From: Methanobacteriota archaeon
GTDB taxonomy: Archaea; Thermoplasmatota; Poseidoniia; Poseidoniales; Thalassarchaeaceae
Direction of reading: 5' to 3'
Length of the DNA stretch: 64,000 nt
NCBI GenBank assembly: GCA_002730095.1
Contig: PBZE01000019.1
Location: 9,071 to 73,070, forward strand
Shown here piece by piece: positions 20,783 to 30,090 of the stretch. Within the stretch, counting starts at the first letter, position 1. Each line of letters begins with the position of its first letter. The notes under the pieces are model-generated. The model did no database searches. It was not told the DNA's origin and saw nothing but the letters and a program-made list of their open reading frames with translations. The translations under genes and the position numbers were made by a program.

Positions 20783-21523
20783 GTGCGATGTCTGGGAGTG
20801 GACTTGGGAGGTAGTGGCTTCAGGCTAGGGGCCTTTGAAGTGGAAACTGGTATTCCTTGTAGCGGATGGAAGAATGTTCCACACGAGGGATGCACGCGAC
20901 CATCAAGCATAGTTCCCAGAATCATAGATTCGATACAGGATCTTGGATGGAGCGGACCGATTGGAGTAGGTTTTCCAGGAGCCGTATCCAAGGATAGGAT
21001 ATTGACAGCACCCAACCTTGGGGATGATTGGTTAGATTTTGACCTCAAGGAAGAGCTGAATGATTTCCATCATGGACATTTTACCATGATTAATGACTGT
21101 GATGCAGTCGCCATAGCCGAATATAATCTAGGATCCAGTAGAAATAAATCTGGGACAATATTGACTATAACAATAGGAACAGGAATCGGTACCACAATAC
21201 AAAATGATGGGGATATGATTCCAAACTTGGAGTATGGGAGGCTTCCTCATCCAAGAATGGAGGGGCCTCTTGAATCCCATATTTCTGCTCGTTCTAGGAA
21301 AGAAGAAAAATTATCACTTCAGCAGTGGGCTGAGAGATTTCAAGAGGGATTAGAGTTTCATGAAAATTTGACAGAACCGGATATGATTGTCCTTTATGGT
21401 GGTATTTTAGAGCACTGGGATACATTCTCTGGTTTGATTTCCAGTAACGTGAAAATTGAGCCTGCCCAATTTGGTGCTGAAGCAGGTGCTCTTGGAGCTG
21501 CAATTGCAGTCTCTAAATTGTGA
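20783..21523 (+). CDS. ROK-family sugar kinase, polyphosphate-glucokinase-like
   Basis: GVDLGGSG, IGVGFPG, NDCDA, TIGTGIG, PNLEYG and AGALGAA. Confidence 0.78.
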   Translation: MRCLGVDLGGSGFRLGAFEVETGIPCSGWKNVPHEGCTRPSSIVPRIIDSIQDLGWSGPIGVGFPGAVSKDRILTAPNLGDDWLDFDLKEELNDFHHGHFTMINDCDAVAIAEYNLGSSRNKSGTILTITIGTGIGTTIQNDGDMIPNLEYGRLPHPRMEGPLESHISARSRKEEKLSLQQWAERFQEGLEFHENLTEPDMIVLYGGILEHWDTFSGLISSNVKIEPAQFGAEAGALGAAIAVSKL

Positions 21524-21559
21524 TGCATCAGAAAGAGATATTGGGAGACTGCCGGTAAA

Positions 21560-23314
21560 TCAGCAGCAACTATCGGAATGGCTATCTTGAGCGCAGAAGC
21601 AAGTCTTTGCCGGAACAATATCGGCTCTAGAACTTCTTTCTTTGAAAAGAGAGGTTACCTCTTCGAGCTCTCCTGAGGAGTCTCCTCTTGCTTCCAAGCA
21701 CAATTTCAGTCCTAGAAGCCCCCACATGTTATCTTTCCAGAGTTCTATATCCTCACGGTATACTTGTTCCGCTTCCTCGACATGTCCCTGCTCCAGAAGT
21801 AGAGCCCCCAAGATATGTCGAACTGGTTGCATCTGACCCCATGGTTCGTTGTAAGCCAGATTTAGAGATAGATCAACTCCTCTACGTAGCTCATCGAATG
21901 CTTTGGAGAAATCGAATGATTCTCCATTGGCCTTAGCCAGAAACTGCCTTCGGTACTCAATCTCGGCTTCAAGGATGGAAGCGTTGACGTTCAGTATCGA
22001 GGGGCCCTCTGACGGGTCTTGATACATGAAATTGTTATGCATAACTCTTCCCTCAAGTGCTGGATTACTGAGGGCCTCTTCGAACAAAGCCTGCTCTGCC
22101 TCGGCTTCCGGGACCATTCCCTTTGATGCATAAGCGACCCCTCTTGCGTAGTGCTGAGTTGCAATAGTTGCAGGGAACACATCCTTGTCAGAATACATTG
22201 GCTCTTCCAATATCTCATCCCATTTGCCAAATCTAATCATGACATGCCATGGCATTGTAACGTATGATTCCAAGAAGATTGCCCCCATCGGAATAATTCC
22301 AGCGAGCATGAACTGAACGCCTGAGTTTTCATCTCCTGCTGGGAGTGTACTTACGGCCTTTCTGGCATATTTCAAAGCAGTTTCATACTGTCCATCAAAC
22401 ATCGCACACCATACAACGAAGTGATGGTTGTGCATCCTGTAGAACTTGTAAAACTGGGATTCGTTGCCGGTGATTTCAACATATCTATCATCAGCTTCCA
22501 CAGCTGCAATGTTGCAATCAATCGCCTCCTTCCATTGACCTACCCAAGCATCAATATGCGAAGGCATGTGAACCAAGTGCCCCAAACCTGGCATTAGATC
22601 CCTAAGAACATCGGCAGCGGGTAGGGCCCTCTCTGGAAATGGGGAAAGTTCCAAGGCATGACAATAGAGGTGGCATAGAGCTGGGTGAGTCTTTGCCTCC
22701 TCGCTATTCTCGAACGCTTGCTCCAGAATCTCAACCAAAAGTAGTGTATTGTCGTCAGCGGGGGAAATCTCTCCTGATTTTGTGTCTTTGTCCCACAATT
22801 GCCACGCTTTAAGATTCATCAGAGCTTCGACATAGATTGCAGTTACATCAAGATCCCCTTCATATTTTTCATACAAGGGAGCCATTGCTTCGGCGAAAGC
22901 TACGTTAAGTTCTGGACTATTCCCCATGTTTAGTACTGAAGGATCGGCTGCATCTCTTGCTTCCTCGGAGTGTCTCTTGGAAAGAGCTACGATCAGATCT
23001 TGTTCGAGCTCTGAGCAGTTGTCTTTCAAGGACATGGCCTTCTGAATTGGGTCATGTCCGGAGCCTAGTCCGGGGGTCCAGTTGTAGTTTGAAGATACGC
23101 AATAAGCAATTCCCCACCATGCCATAGCGCATTCTGGGTCTATTTCAGCGCACTTAGAGAAGCAAGCAATTGCTTCCTCGTGATTGTAGTTCAACATGTG
23201 ACCGTGCGCAAGAGCGAACATCTTTCTCGATTCTTCACTTGAGCAAGTTACTCTCTTCGCGAACGAATAATTACTTTCATCTCCAAAATCATACAACTCA
23301 GGTGCTATATCCAT
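21560..23314 (-). CDS. TPR-repeat protein with conserved His clusters
   Basis: NYNHEEA, AMAWWGIAY, HLYCHALE, GHLVHMPSHID, HNHHF, YNEPWGQMQPVRH and C-terminal CFC. Confidence 0.72.
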   Translation of the reverse strand: MDIAPELYDFGDESNYSFAKRVTCSSEESRKMFALAHGHMLNYNHEEAIACFSKCAEIDPECAMAWWGIAYCVSSNYNWTPGLGSGHDPIQKAMSLKDNCSELEQDLIVALSKRHSEEARDAADPSVLNMGNSPELNVAFAEAMAPLYEKYEGDLDVTAIYVEALMNLKAWQLWDKDTKSGEISPADDNTLLLVEILEQAFENSEEAKTHPALCHLYCHALELSPFPERALPAADVLRDLMPGLGHLVHMPSHIDAWVGQWKEAIDCNIAAVEADDRYVEITGNESQFYKFYRMHNHHFVVWCAMFDGQYETALKYARKAVSTLPAGDENSGVQFMLAGIIPMGAIFLESYVTMPWHVMIRFGKWDEILEEPMYSDKDVFPATIATQHYARGVAYASKGMVPEAEAEQALFEEALSNPALEGRVMHNNFMYQDPSEGPSILNVNASILEAEIEYRRQFLAKANGESFDFSKAFDELRRGVDLSLNLAYNEPWGQMQPVRHILGALLLEQGHVEEAEQVYREDIELWKDNMWGLLGLKLCLEARGDSSGELEEVTSLFKERSSRADIVPAKTCFCAQDSHSDSCC

Positions 23315-23375
23315 GGTACATCGGAAAAGGCAAGACGTATAACTTGAATCCATTAAACATCAGAAAAACATTCTT

Positions 23376-24518
23376 TCAGTCTACCGATACAGGGAGTATT
23401 CGAGTTGTTCTGTATCCTTGCAATACCTTGAGATACTTTTTTCTTGAAAATTCTTCATCCATTTCGGGATCTCCAGTTTCAACTCTGAGAGTTCTAAGAG
23501 TGAGCATTTTTGCGGGTGTGACGATTCCTAATACCCTATCTGCCCCGACTATCCTGAGTACCTCTGGTGACAATTGCAGGTTTCCCCTTCCTATCAGGAA
23601 ACCCTGTCCCCCCATAGGGGATAGCAAGAGTGTTACTTCACCAGTATGCATCTGCAGGTAGTGGATAATTTCCTGCTCATTTAAGTCTGAAGCGACAACA
23701 CTGTTTCCCTTCGAGATATCGATTCCGAGAGTATTCAATTCAAAGCCTAGATTGGAGCCAATTGCCCTCAGGGTACCTCCTGAGCCCCAAATAATCATCA
23801 TATCCTCATCAAGAAGTGTGTCTCTAATGTGATCAGAAAGGCCCTCAATTACCTCTTCCTCTCCAGATGCTTCTACCCTCATCTTCGAACCCTGCATCCA
23901 TCGGGGACTTGCAGGTGTGATGGCCTCGGCATAAAGCCTGACAACCCATTTCCCTTGCCTGTAGAGTTCTTCGTCGAGGTCCAGTACTTCTGTAGATGAC
24001 AAGAGAAGGTCTTGGTTTAGCCAAGCACTGAGAACTTCAGCTGCTGCTTTAGGAGAGGATGCAAAGCAACCGGAATGCATCTTGACACCAGTAGGAACAC
24101 CAATAATCGGCAGGTTTGGCTTCCCATATTTAGACAGAGCAGAAACGACATCCCTGGTTGTTCCATCTCCTCCTGCATACAAGATTAAGTCTACTTCTGA
24201 TTCTATCATGCACTTGACTGCTTGATTGGTGTCATCTGCATGTGTGACATCCGAAGAAGAGTGGATAGTGAATATGGGAGATAGATCTTGTGGCATCCAA
24301 TGGGTTCCCATCCTTCCTTCACTGACAAACCAGTCAATTTCCAGATTCTCCCCCCTTGTGATATTTCTAAAGTGTTCCAGCATGAGCCTCATCCTAGGTC
24401 CAGATCGATCTTGCGCCCCCATTTTTCTAGCGATTTCCGCTTGGCCATCGGAACCCTTCAGACCCAGCCTTCCCCCAAGGCCAGCATCTGGATTCACTAG
24501 CAGGCCCAGCCTTACCAT
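23376..24518 (-). CDS. ATP-NAD kinase-like protein (COG3199 type)
   Basis: VNPxAGxGGRLGLKGSDG, GGDGTTRD, GVKMHSG and GQGFLIGRGNLQLS. Confidence 0.85.
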   Translation of the reverse strand: MVRLGLLVNPDAGLGGRLGLKGSDGQAEIARKMGAQDRSGPRMRLMLEHFRNITRGENLEIDWFVSEGRMGTHWMPQDLSPIFTIHSSSDVTHADDTNQAVKCMIESEVDLILYAGGDGTTRDVVSALSKYGKPNLPIIGVPTGVKMHSGCFASSPKAAAEVLSAWLNQDLLLSSTEVLDLDEELYRQGKWVVRLYAEAITPASPRWMQGSKMRVEASGEEEVIEGLSDHIRDTLLDEDMMIIWGSGGTLRAIGSNLGFELNTLGIDISKGNSVVASDLNEQEIIHYLQMHTGEVTLLLSPMGGQGFLIGRGNLQLSPEVLRIVGADRVLGIVTPAKMLTLRTLRVETGDPEMDEEFSRKKYLKVLQGYRTTRILPVSVD

Positions 24519-24680
24519 AGCATGGCCAGGGGGGGACTGGTCTTATCGCTTCGTAATTTATGGGCTGAAAAAAATCAATGCGGAGGATATTCAGAGGGAA
24601 TAATTGACTATTATTCAGCTATATGGATAGACGCCTTCAAACGGTATTGCTGAACCGGCAGGATACAGGAGGCGGTTTCG

Positions 24681-26627
24681 ATGATATCTGTTGAACTGAA
24701 CGACGGGGAAGTCCATGAGTATGCAACAGGAATTTCTGTAGGGGAAGTCATCGCTAATGTCCATGGTAGAAAATCTGGGGCTGTCGCTGCACTGGTCGAT
24801 GGTGTTGAAAGAGATATGAGTCATGAGTTGGATGGAGACTGTACGGTCCTTCCTATCCTCGGAGATTCACCAGAAGGCCTGTATATCCTGAGACACTCTT
24901 GTGCCCACCTACTCGCACAGGCGGTCACTGAGATTTTTCCAGAGGCAAAACCTACAATCGGGCCTCCGATAGAACATGGTTTCTACTATGACTTCCACAT
25001 GGATTCTATTTCTGAGGAAGACCTCAAATCAATTGAGAAGAGGATGAAAGAGCTAGTCAAAATGAATTTGCCAATTTTGAGAGAAGAATATGACAATGAA
25101 GAGCTGCGCTCGATGTTTGGCCATAACAAGTTCAAGCTTGAGATAATGGATGACAAAATCGGTCATGACATCGGATCCTCGGCCTACCGTCAAGGAGAAT
25201 TCATAGATCTTTGTCGTGGCCCCCACGTTCCTTCTACTTCCCATCTTAGATGGTTCAAGTTGACAAGTACCAGCACAGCTTACTGGCGGGCAGATAGCAA
25301 GCGTGAAACTCTAGTCAGAATTTACGGCATGTGCTACGCGACCAAGGAAGGCCTGAAACTTCGTCAGCAGCAGATTGAGGAAGCGGCAAAACGTGATCAC
25401 AAGAAGATCGGGAAGGAGATGGAGCTGTACATGATTGACGAGAAGATTGGCAAGGGCCTGCCAGTCTGGCTTCCAAACGGTGAGACCGTTAAATCGGAAA
25501 TAGAAAGATACGCCGTCGAAACAGAAGAAGCCTATGGATATCAGAGAGTCACTACTCCGGTTTTAGCAAAGCAGGAGTTGTTCGAAATCAGCGGACACCT
25601 CCCCCATTATGCTGAAGGCATGTACCCCCCTATGGAAATGGATGATGGGACCTATTACCTAAAGGCGATGAACTGTCCTATGCATCATCTGGTTTTTAAC
25701 AACAAAAAGCGGAGTTATAGAGATTTGCCGGTTAGAATCGCTGAATATGGGACAGTGTATCGAAACGAGCTTTCAGGGACCTTGGCAGGACTTCTCAGGG
25801 TCCGCATGCTCTCAATGAATGACGCGCACATTTACTGCACCCTAGATCAGGTAGCTGAGGAAGTTAGGGCGAATGTGCAGATGGTAAATGACTACTACAG
25901 AACCTTCGGATTCGAGAACTTCCACCTCCGTCTGTCACTTTGGGATCCAGAAAAGACTGAGAAATACATAGATCAGCCAGAAAACTGGGAGTCCACACAA
26001 AGTCATCTGAGAGCTATTCTTGAGGATATTGGCGTACCGTTTGTCGAGGCCGTGGGAGAAGCTGCTTTCTATGGCCCGAAGATAGATATTCAGTTTACTA
26101 CCGCTCTTGGAAGGGAGGAGTCCATGTCCACAATTCAGTTGGACTTCGCAGCCAAGGATCGCTTCGAACTTAGTTACAAGGACGAGAATGGAGAGGAGAA
26201 TGGAGAGGTTTTCGTGATCCATCGTGCCCCTCTATCTACTCATGAGAGATTTGTCGCCTTCCTCACGGAGCACTGGGCAGGAAACTTCCCCACGTGGCTA
26301 TCTCCAATTCAGGTCCAGATAATCACTATCTCTGAGAAACATAAGGTACATGCAGCAACGGTTGCAAACAAGCTCTATGAATCAGGGGTAAGGGTCAAGG
26401 TTGATGATTCAGACAACACTGTGGGCAAGAAGATTAGAACTCACAGGAAAATGAGGCCCGCCTACATGGTAATCGTCGGAGACGAAGAGACTGAGAATGG
26501 TACTGTGTCTATCAGGTCTAGGGCTGGTCAACAGCTAAATGGCGTTCCATTGGATGATTTTGTCGCAGGAATTTTTACTGAGATTACAACACGTGACAAG
26601 AATCTCTCGTTGATTCCATCGGAGTGA
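24681..26627 (+). CDS. thrS: Threonyl-tRNA synthetase, bacterial type
   Basis: TGS domain, editing motifs RHSCAH and DLCRGPH, KAMNCPMH, AAFYGPKID, VIHRAP. GGAGG upstream. Confidence 0.97.
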   Translation: MISVELNDGEVHEYATGISVGEVIANVHGRKSGAVAALVDGVERDMSHELDGDCTVLPILGDSPEGLYILRHSCAHLLAQAVTEIFPEAKPTIGPPIEHGFYYDFHMDSISEEDLKSIEKRMKELVKMNLPILREEYDNEELRSMFGHNKFKLEIMDDKIGHDIGSSAYRQGEFIDLCRGPHVPSTSHLRWFKLTSTSTAYWRADSKRETLVRIYGMCYATKEGLKLRQQQIEEAAKRDHKKIGKEMELYMIDEKIGKGLPVWLPNGETVKSEIERYAVETEEAYGYQRVTTPVLAKQELFEISGHLPHYAEGMYPPMEMDDGTYYLKAMNCPMHHLVFNNKKRSYRDLPVRIAEYGTVYRNELSGTLAGLLRVRMLSMNDAHIYCTLDQVAEEVRANVQMVNDYYRTFGFENFHLRLSLWDPEKTEKYIDQPENWESTQSHLRAILEDIGVPFVEAVGEAAFYGPKIDIQFTTALGREESMSTIQLDFAAKDRFELSYKDENGEENGEVFVIHRAPLSTHERFVAFLTEHWAGNFPTWLSPIQVQIITISEKHKVHAATVANKLYESGVRVKVDDSDNTVGKKIRTHRKMRPAYMVIVGDEETENGTVSIRSRAGQQLNGVPLDDFVAGIFTEITTRDKNLSLIPSE

Positions 26628-27982
26628 GACAGTTGACTTCCCGTTCCAGCGGCCGTTCACCAATGACAGTACTATTTCTGGTCGTCTTGGTGGATATGCT
26701 CGGATTTACAATTGTGATTCCATTCCTCACCTATTTTATTCAGGATTTAGCATCGGGACAGGGGATTAATGATGTTGGAAGTAGAGATTTCTGGGTAGGT
26801 GTAGTGATTGCGGTCTACTCGCTGGCACAATTCCTGTTTACCCCGATTCTAGGGTCGATAAGCGATAGGCTGGGGAGGAGGCCTGTCATAATGTTCGGAC
26901 TTGTCTCAAACTCGATTTTTTTCATCGTTTTTGGACTCTCCAACAGCTTAGAGATGGCGATTGCCGCGAGATTCCTTTCGGGTGCTGGGAATGGGAACAT
27001 TGCAGTAGCAAGAGCTTACATTGGAGATATCAGTACATATGATTTGATCCCTAGGAGAATGGGGATGCTGGGTGCCGCCTTCGGGTTGGGATTCATGATT
27101 GGCCCATTCATTGGAGGGTTACTGTCTGATCCTGCAGCAAGTATTGGGGGCTACTTTGATTCAGCCTTCTGGAGAAACAACGAGTATCTGCTTCCATGCA
27201 TGTTTTCCAGTCTATTGTCATTGATTTCTCTTGCTCTGGCTTTCTTCTGGCTGGAAGAGAGCTTGGATAAAGATTCCAGAGCAGAAACCGTTTCTGATGG
27301 GAGCCTTGACAAGTTGAGTGAAACCTTCTCAAATATTTTTGGAGTTCTCAAGATTCCTGTGATCTCTACCTTGGTTTTAGTTAATTTTCTGTTCCTTATG
27401 GCCTTCAGTATGATGCATGGAACTTTCATACTTTTCACAGCTATGTCCGTAGATAGCGGAGGTTTGGGATGGAGTGAAATGGAGAATGGGTGGATTTTCG
27501 CTTTCATCGGCCTTCTAGGAGTTATCATCCAGGGAGGGCTTATCGGACCGCTTACTGACAGGTTTGGAATGAGTAAGCTAATGATGATTGGAACCGTTCT
27601 ATGTGGGTTCGGGATTGCAAGTCTCCCCTATGTCCCCCCAGATGCCTCTTGGCTGATACTTGGCTCATCAGCTGGACTCGCAATAGGAAATGGTCTCTTC
27701 TCACCAACTCATTCTTCCCTACTGACATTCGAAGCAAACAAGGGAGGTCATGAGCTTGGACTCGTTATGGGCGCGCAGGAAGGATATGGTGCCTTAGCCA
27801 GAATACTCGGCCCCCTTCTGGCAGCTTACCTCTGGTCAATAACAGTAGAAGGAGATGGAATCTGGACTTTCCATACTTGCTTCAGGGTAGCGGGTTTGAT
27901 TTTCATATTGGCAGCGGCACTGCAATTGACCCTGAAACTAGAAGTTGACAAAGATGATGAAAATCCAATAATTCAGAATTAA
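26624..27982 (+). CDS. MFS transporter (TetA/DHA1-like)
   Basis: GSISDRLGRRPV motif A, GxAFGLGFMIGPxIGG antiporter motif, about 12 TM helices. Confidence 0.9.
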   Translation: MRQLTSRSSGRSPMTVLFLVVLVDMLGFTIVIPFLTYFIQDLASGQGINDVGSRDFWVGVVIAVYSLAQFLFTPILGSISDRLGRRPVIMFGLVSNSIFFIVFGLSNSLEMAIAARFLSGAGNGNIAVARAYIGDISTYDLIPRRMGMLGAAFGLGFMIGPFIGGLLSDPAASIGGYFDSAFWRNNEYLLPCMFSSLLSLISLALAFFWLEESLDKDSRAETVSDGSLDKLSETFSNIFGVLKIPVISTLVLVNFLFLMAFSMMHGTFILFTAMSVDSGGLGWSEMENGWIFAFIGLLGVIIQGGLIGPLTDRFGMSKLMMIGTVLCGFGIASLPYVPPDASWLILGSSAGLAIGNGLFSPTHSSLLTFEANKGGHELGLVMGAQEGYGALARILGPLLAAYLWSITVEGDGIWTFHTCFRVAGLIFILAAALQLTLKLEVDKDDENPIIQN

Positions 27983-28024
27983 ATTAGCCCCAATTGTAAT
28001 CAATGGAAAGGCATCTCATCACTC

Positions 28025-28894
28025 ATGGAATGTATGGCATCGAGATGTTCCTCGTTGGCCATCGAAGGGGAATTATTCTGCCATGAACACATCCACATGA
28101 CAGGTGAAGTTGATCCAATGGAGTGCCCTAGAGGGTGTGGTCCAATGCTGTACAAACAGGACAGTTGGAATAATGGGGCATTATGGATTCTTGGCTCTCT
28201 AATTCCAATGTTCTGGGTAGAGCAAATGCCTCTATTAGCAGTGGCGAGCTGTGTATTGATTCTCGCCTATGGGCATTCCTTGCACAAGAAGAATGCAGAC
28301 TACAGATTCAGCTGTAAAAAATGTGAGGGAGTACTACTTGACAACAAAACACTATCCTCTGTAAAGAATAATTACGTCTCAGATATATCAGAAAAATTGA
28401 TCTCAGAGCTGGATAATTCCATTGAGTCGAGCGAGGTAAAGTGCCCAGGATGCGAAGTTAATATGGCGAGGATTCCCATATCATACGTTTTACCGGACAC
28501 TGGTACTGGGATTTTGGTAATCGATCTCATTAAAGCAGTGGTTCCAAACACGATGAATCTTTTAGAGCTCGATGGATGTAGGGATTGTGGTTTGATATGG
28601 TTCGATAAGGGCGAGATTGCCAAAATTGGAAACAGTCAGACCTTGAGAGGGGAGCACTTCGGTGAGTCTGGGAAGGGATGGTACTCAGAAAGCCGTAAAT
28701 CAAAGCGTGCTTTCGAAGGTATGGACATCAAAAGAGATGATGGGAGAATATTAACTACGCATCCCGGGCACTTTACGACAATTAGAAAGGCATCCCCTAA
28801 CCGTCACTCAAAAAAGAATTTTACATACTGTTCTGTGGATGGATGCAATGCTCTGGCCTTCAGAAATCTGGAATACTGTCACAGACACAAGTAA
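28025..28894 (+). CDS. Multi-zinc-finger membrane protein (TFIIB-like zinc ribbons)
   Basis: CPRGC, CKKC, CPGC and LDGCRDCGLIWFDKGE; two TM segments; C-x4-C-x10-C-x2-H at both termini. Confidence 0.65.
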   Translation: MECMASRCSSLAIEGELFCHEHIHMTGEVDPMECPRGCGPMLYKQDSWNNGALWILGSLIPMFWVEQMPLLAVASCVLILAYGHSLHKKNADYRFSCKKCEGVLLDNKTLSSVKNNYVSDISEKLISELDNSIESSEVKCPGCEVNMARIPISYVLPDTGTGILVIDLIKAVVPNTMNLLELDGCRDCGLIWFDKGEIAKIGNSQTLRGEHFGESGKGWYSESRKSKRAFEGMDIKRDDGRILTTHPGHFTTIRKASPNRHSKKNFTYCSVDGCNALAFRNLEYCHRHK

Positions 28895-28902
28895 CTGCCC
28901 AT

Positions 28903-29262
28903 CTAAACCCATACGTCGTTGGAAGCAGTCAGATTGCTAGTGGCATTTCCTGTATTCAGCACCCCTTTTGGCTCCACTAACATTACTTTACACTCTTCAA
29001 GTGCATATGGCTTGTGATTTACACCCTTTGGGACCACATACATCTCCCCCTCATTTAGCTCTATGACCTCGTCCTCTAGTTCTATGAACATTGATCCCTC
29101 AAGTATGATGAATGCCTCGTCCGTATCGGCGTGATTGTGCCAAACGAAATCGCCCTTTATCTTGACAAGTTTGAACTGGTAGTCATTCATCTCAGCAATC
29201 ACTTTGGGCGACCAATGATCGGAGAAATGTGAGAGCTTCTCAGTGAAATTGACTTTGGCCAT
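28903..29262 (-). CDS. Cupin-domain protein
   Basis: HWSPKVIAEMNDYQFKLVK, FVWHNHADTDE and VVPKGVNHKP. Confidence 0.88.
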   Translation of the reverse strand: MAKVNFTEKLSHFSDHWSPKVIAEMNDYQFKLVKIKGDFVWHNHADTDEAFIILEGSMFIELEDEVIELNEGEMYVVPKGVNHKPYALEECKVMLVEPKGVLNTGNATSNLTASNDVWV

Positions 29263-29263
29263 G

Positions 29264-30082
29264 TCAGACAACCAACCTATCGTAACAGTAAGGGCAATAT
29301 TCCTCTAATGAGTACCTTTCGGATTCTAGATCGTCTGGAGAAAGAGGCTCCCTGCACTTGAAGCACATTTGATGGTCAGACTCCAGGAGATTCTTGTCCA
29401 ACGATACTCTTTGGTCGAAAACGAAGCAGTCCCCTTGCCAATGTTCTCCACCGGTCTCCTTGAAGTATCCAAGTACTCCGCCTTTGATCTGGTAAACTTC
29501 GTTCCACCCTTGGTCCTCCATTACAATACTTGCTTTCTCACATCTAATCCCGCCCGTGCAGAACATCACCACCGGAGTGGATTTATCATAATCCAATCTC
29601 CTCACAGCATCGGGAAATTCTCTGAAGGACTTGATGTCGAGATCCACTGCATTCTCAAAAGTTCCAACTCTGAGCTCATAGTCATTTCTTGTATCAAGGA
29701 CAACGACTTCCTTGCCTTCATCAAGCCATCTCTTGAACTCATTTGGATCAATGTATTTGGCCTCTTTTTCTACAGGTCTAATTTCATCCATACCTAGGGA
29801 AATGATCTCCTTCTTGAGACGAACGAGCATTCTCCGGAACGGCTGGTAATCAGAGTGTGAGATGTGCATAGGAATACCGATTAGCCGAGGGTCCTCTTCT
29901 AGAAATGAGATGAATCCATCTATAGCTTCCTGAGTTCCTGCAAGAAAGAAATTTATTCCATTGTGACTGAGAAGAATCGTCCCCTTTAGTCCAAGACTAA
30001 TGCACTTCTCTCTGAATGGAGATCTTAGAGAATCCCTATCCGGGAGATCTAAGAATCTGTATCCAGAGATATTAACGAACAT
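29264..30082 (-). CDS. trhO: Rhodanese-related protein, TrhO/YceA family (O2-dependent tRNA U34 hydroxylase)
   Basis: KGTILLSxNGIN, LKKEII, LDTRNDYE, MFCTGGIRCEKA, GGVLGY, CFVFDQR and C-terminal CxxC/CPYC. Confidence 0.85.
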   Translation of the reverse strand: MFVNISGYRFLDLPDRDSLRSPFREKCISLGLKGTILLSHNGINFFLAGTQEAIDGFISFLEEDPRLIGIPMHISHSDYQPFRRMLVRLKKEIISLGMDEIRPVEKEAKYIDPNEFKRWLDEGKEVVVLDTRNDYELRVGTFENAVDLDIKSFREFPDAVRRLDYDKSTPVVMFCTGGIRCEKASIVMEDQGWNEVYQIKGGVLGYFKETGGEHWQGDCFVFDQRVSLDKNLLESDHQMCFKCREPLSPDDLESERYSLEEYCPYCYDRLVV

Positions 30083-30090
30083 TGAATCCC

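Noticed and set aside
24598-24680. Possible thrS translational operator or T-box (CGCCTTC/GGAGGCG pairing over the SD, inner CGGT/ACCG hairpin, GAATAAT-N5-ATTATTC palindrome)
   Set aside because: The hairpin loop has no Thr anticodon mimic and there is no T-box motif. TTCAAA in the 5' arm is probably the TATA element, so that arm would not be transcribed.
24681-26627. Bacterial-type ThrRS as a novel horizontal transfer
   Set aside because: Bacterial-type ThrRS is already known in Thermoplasmatota.
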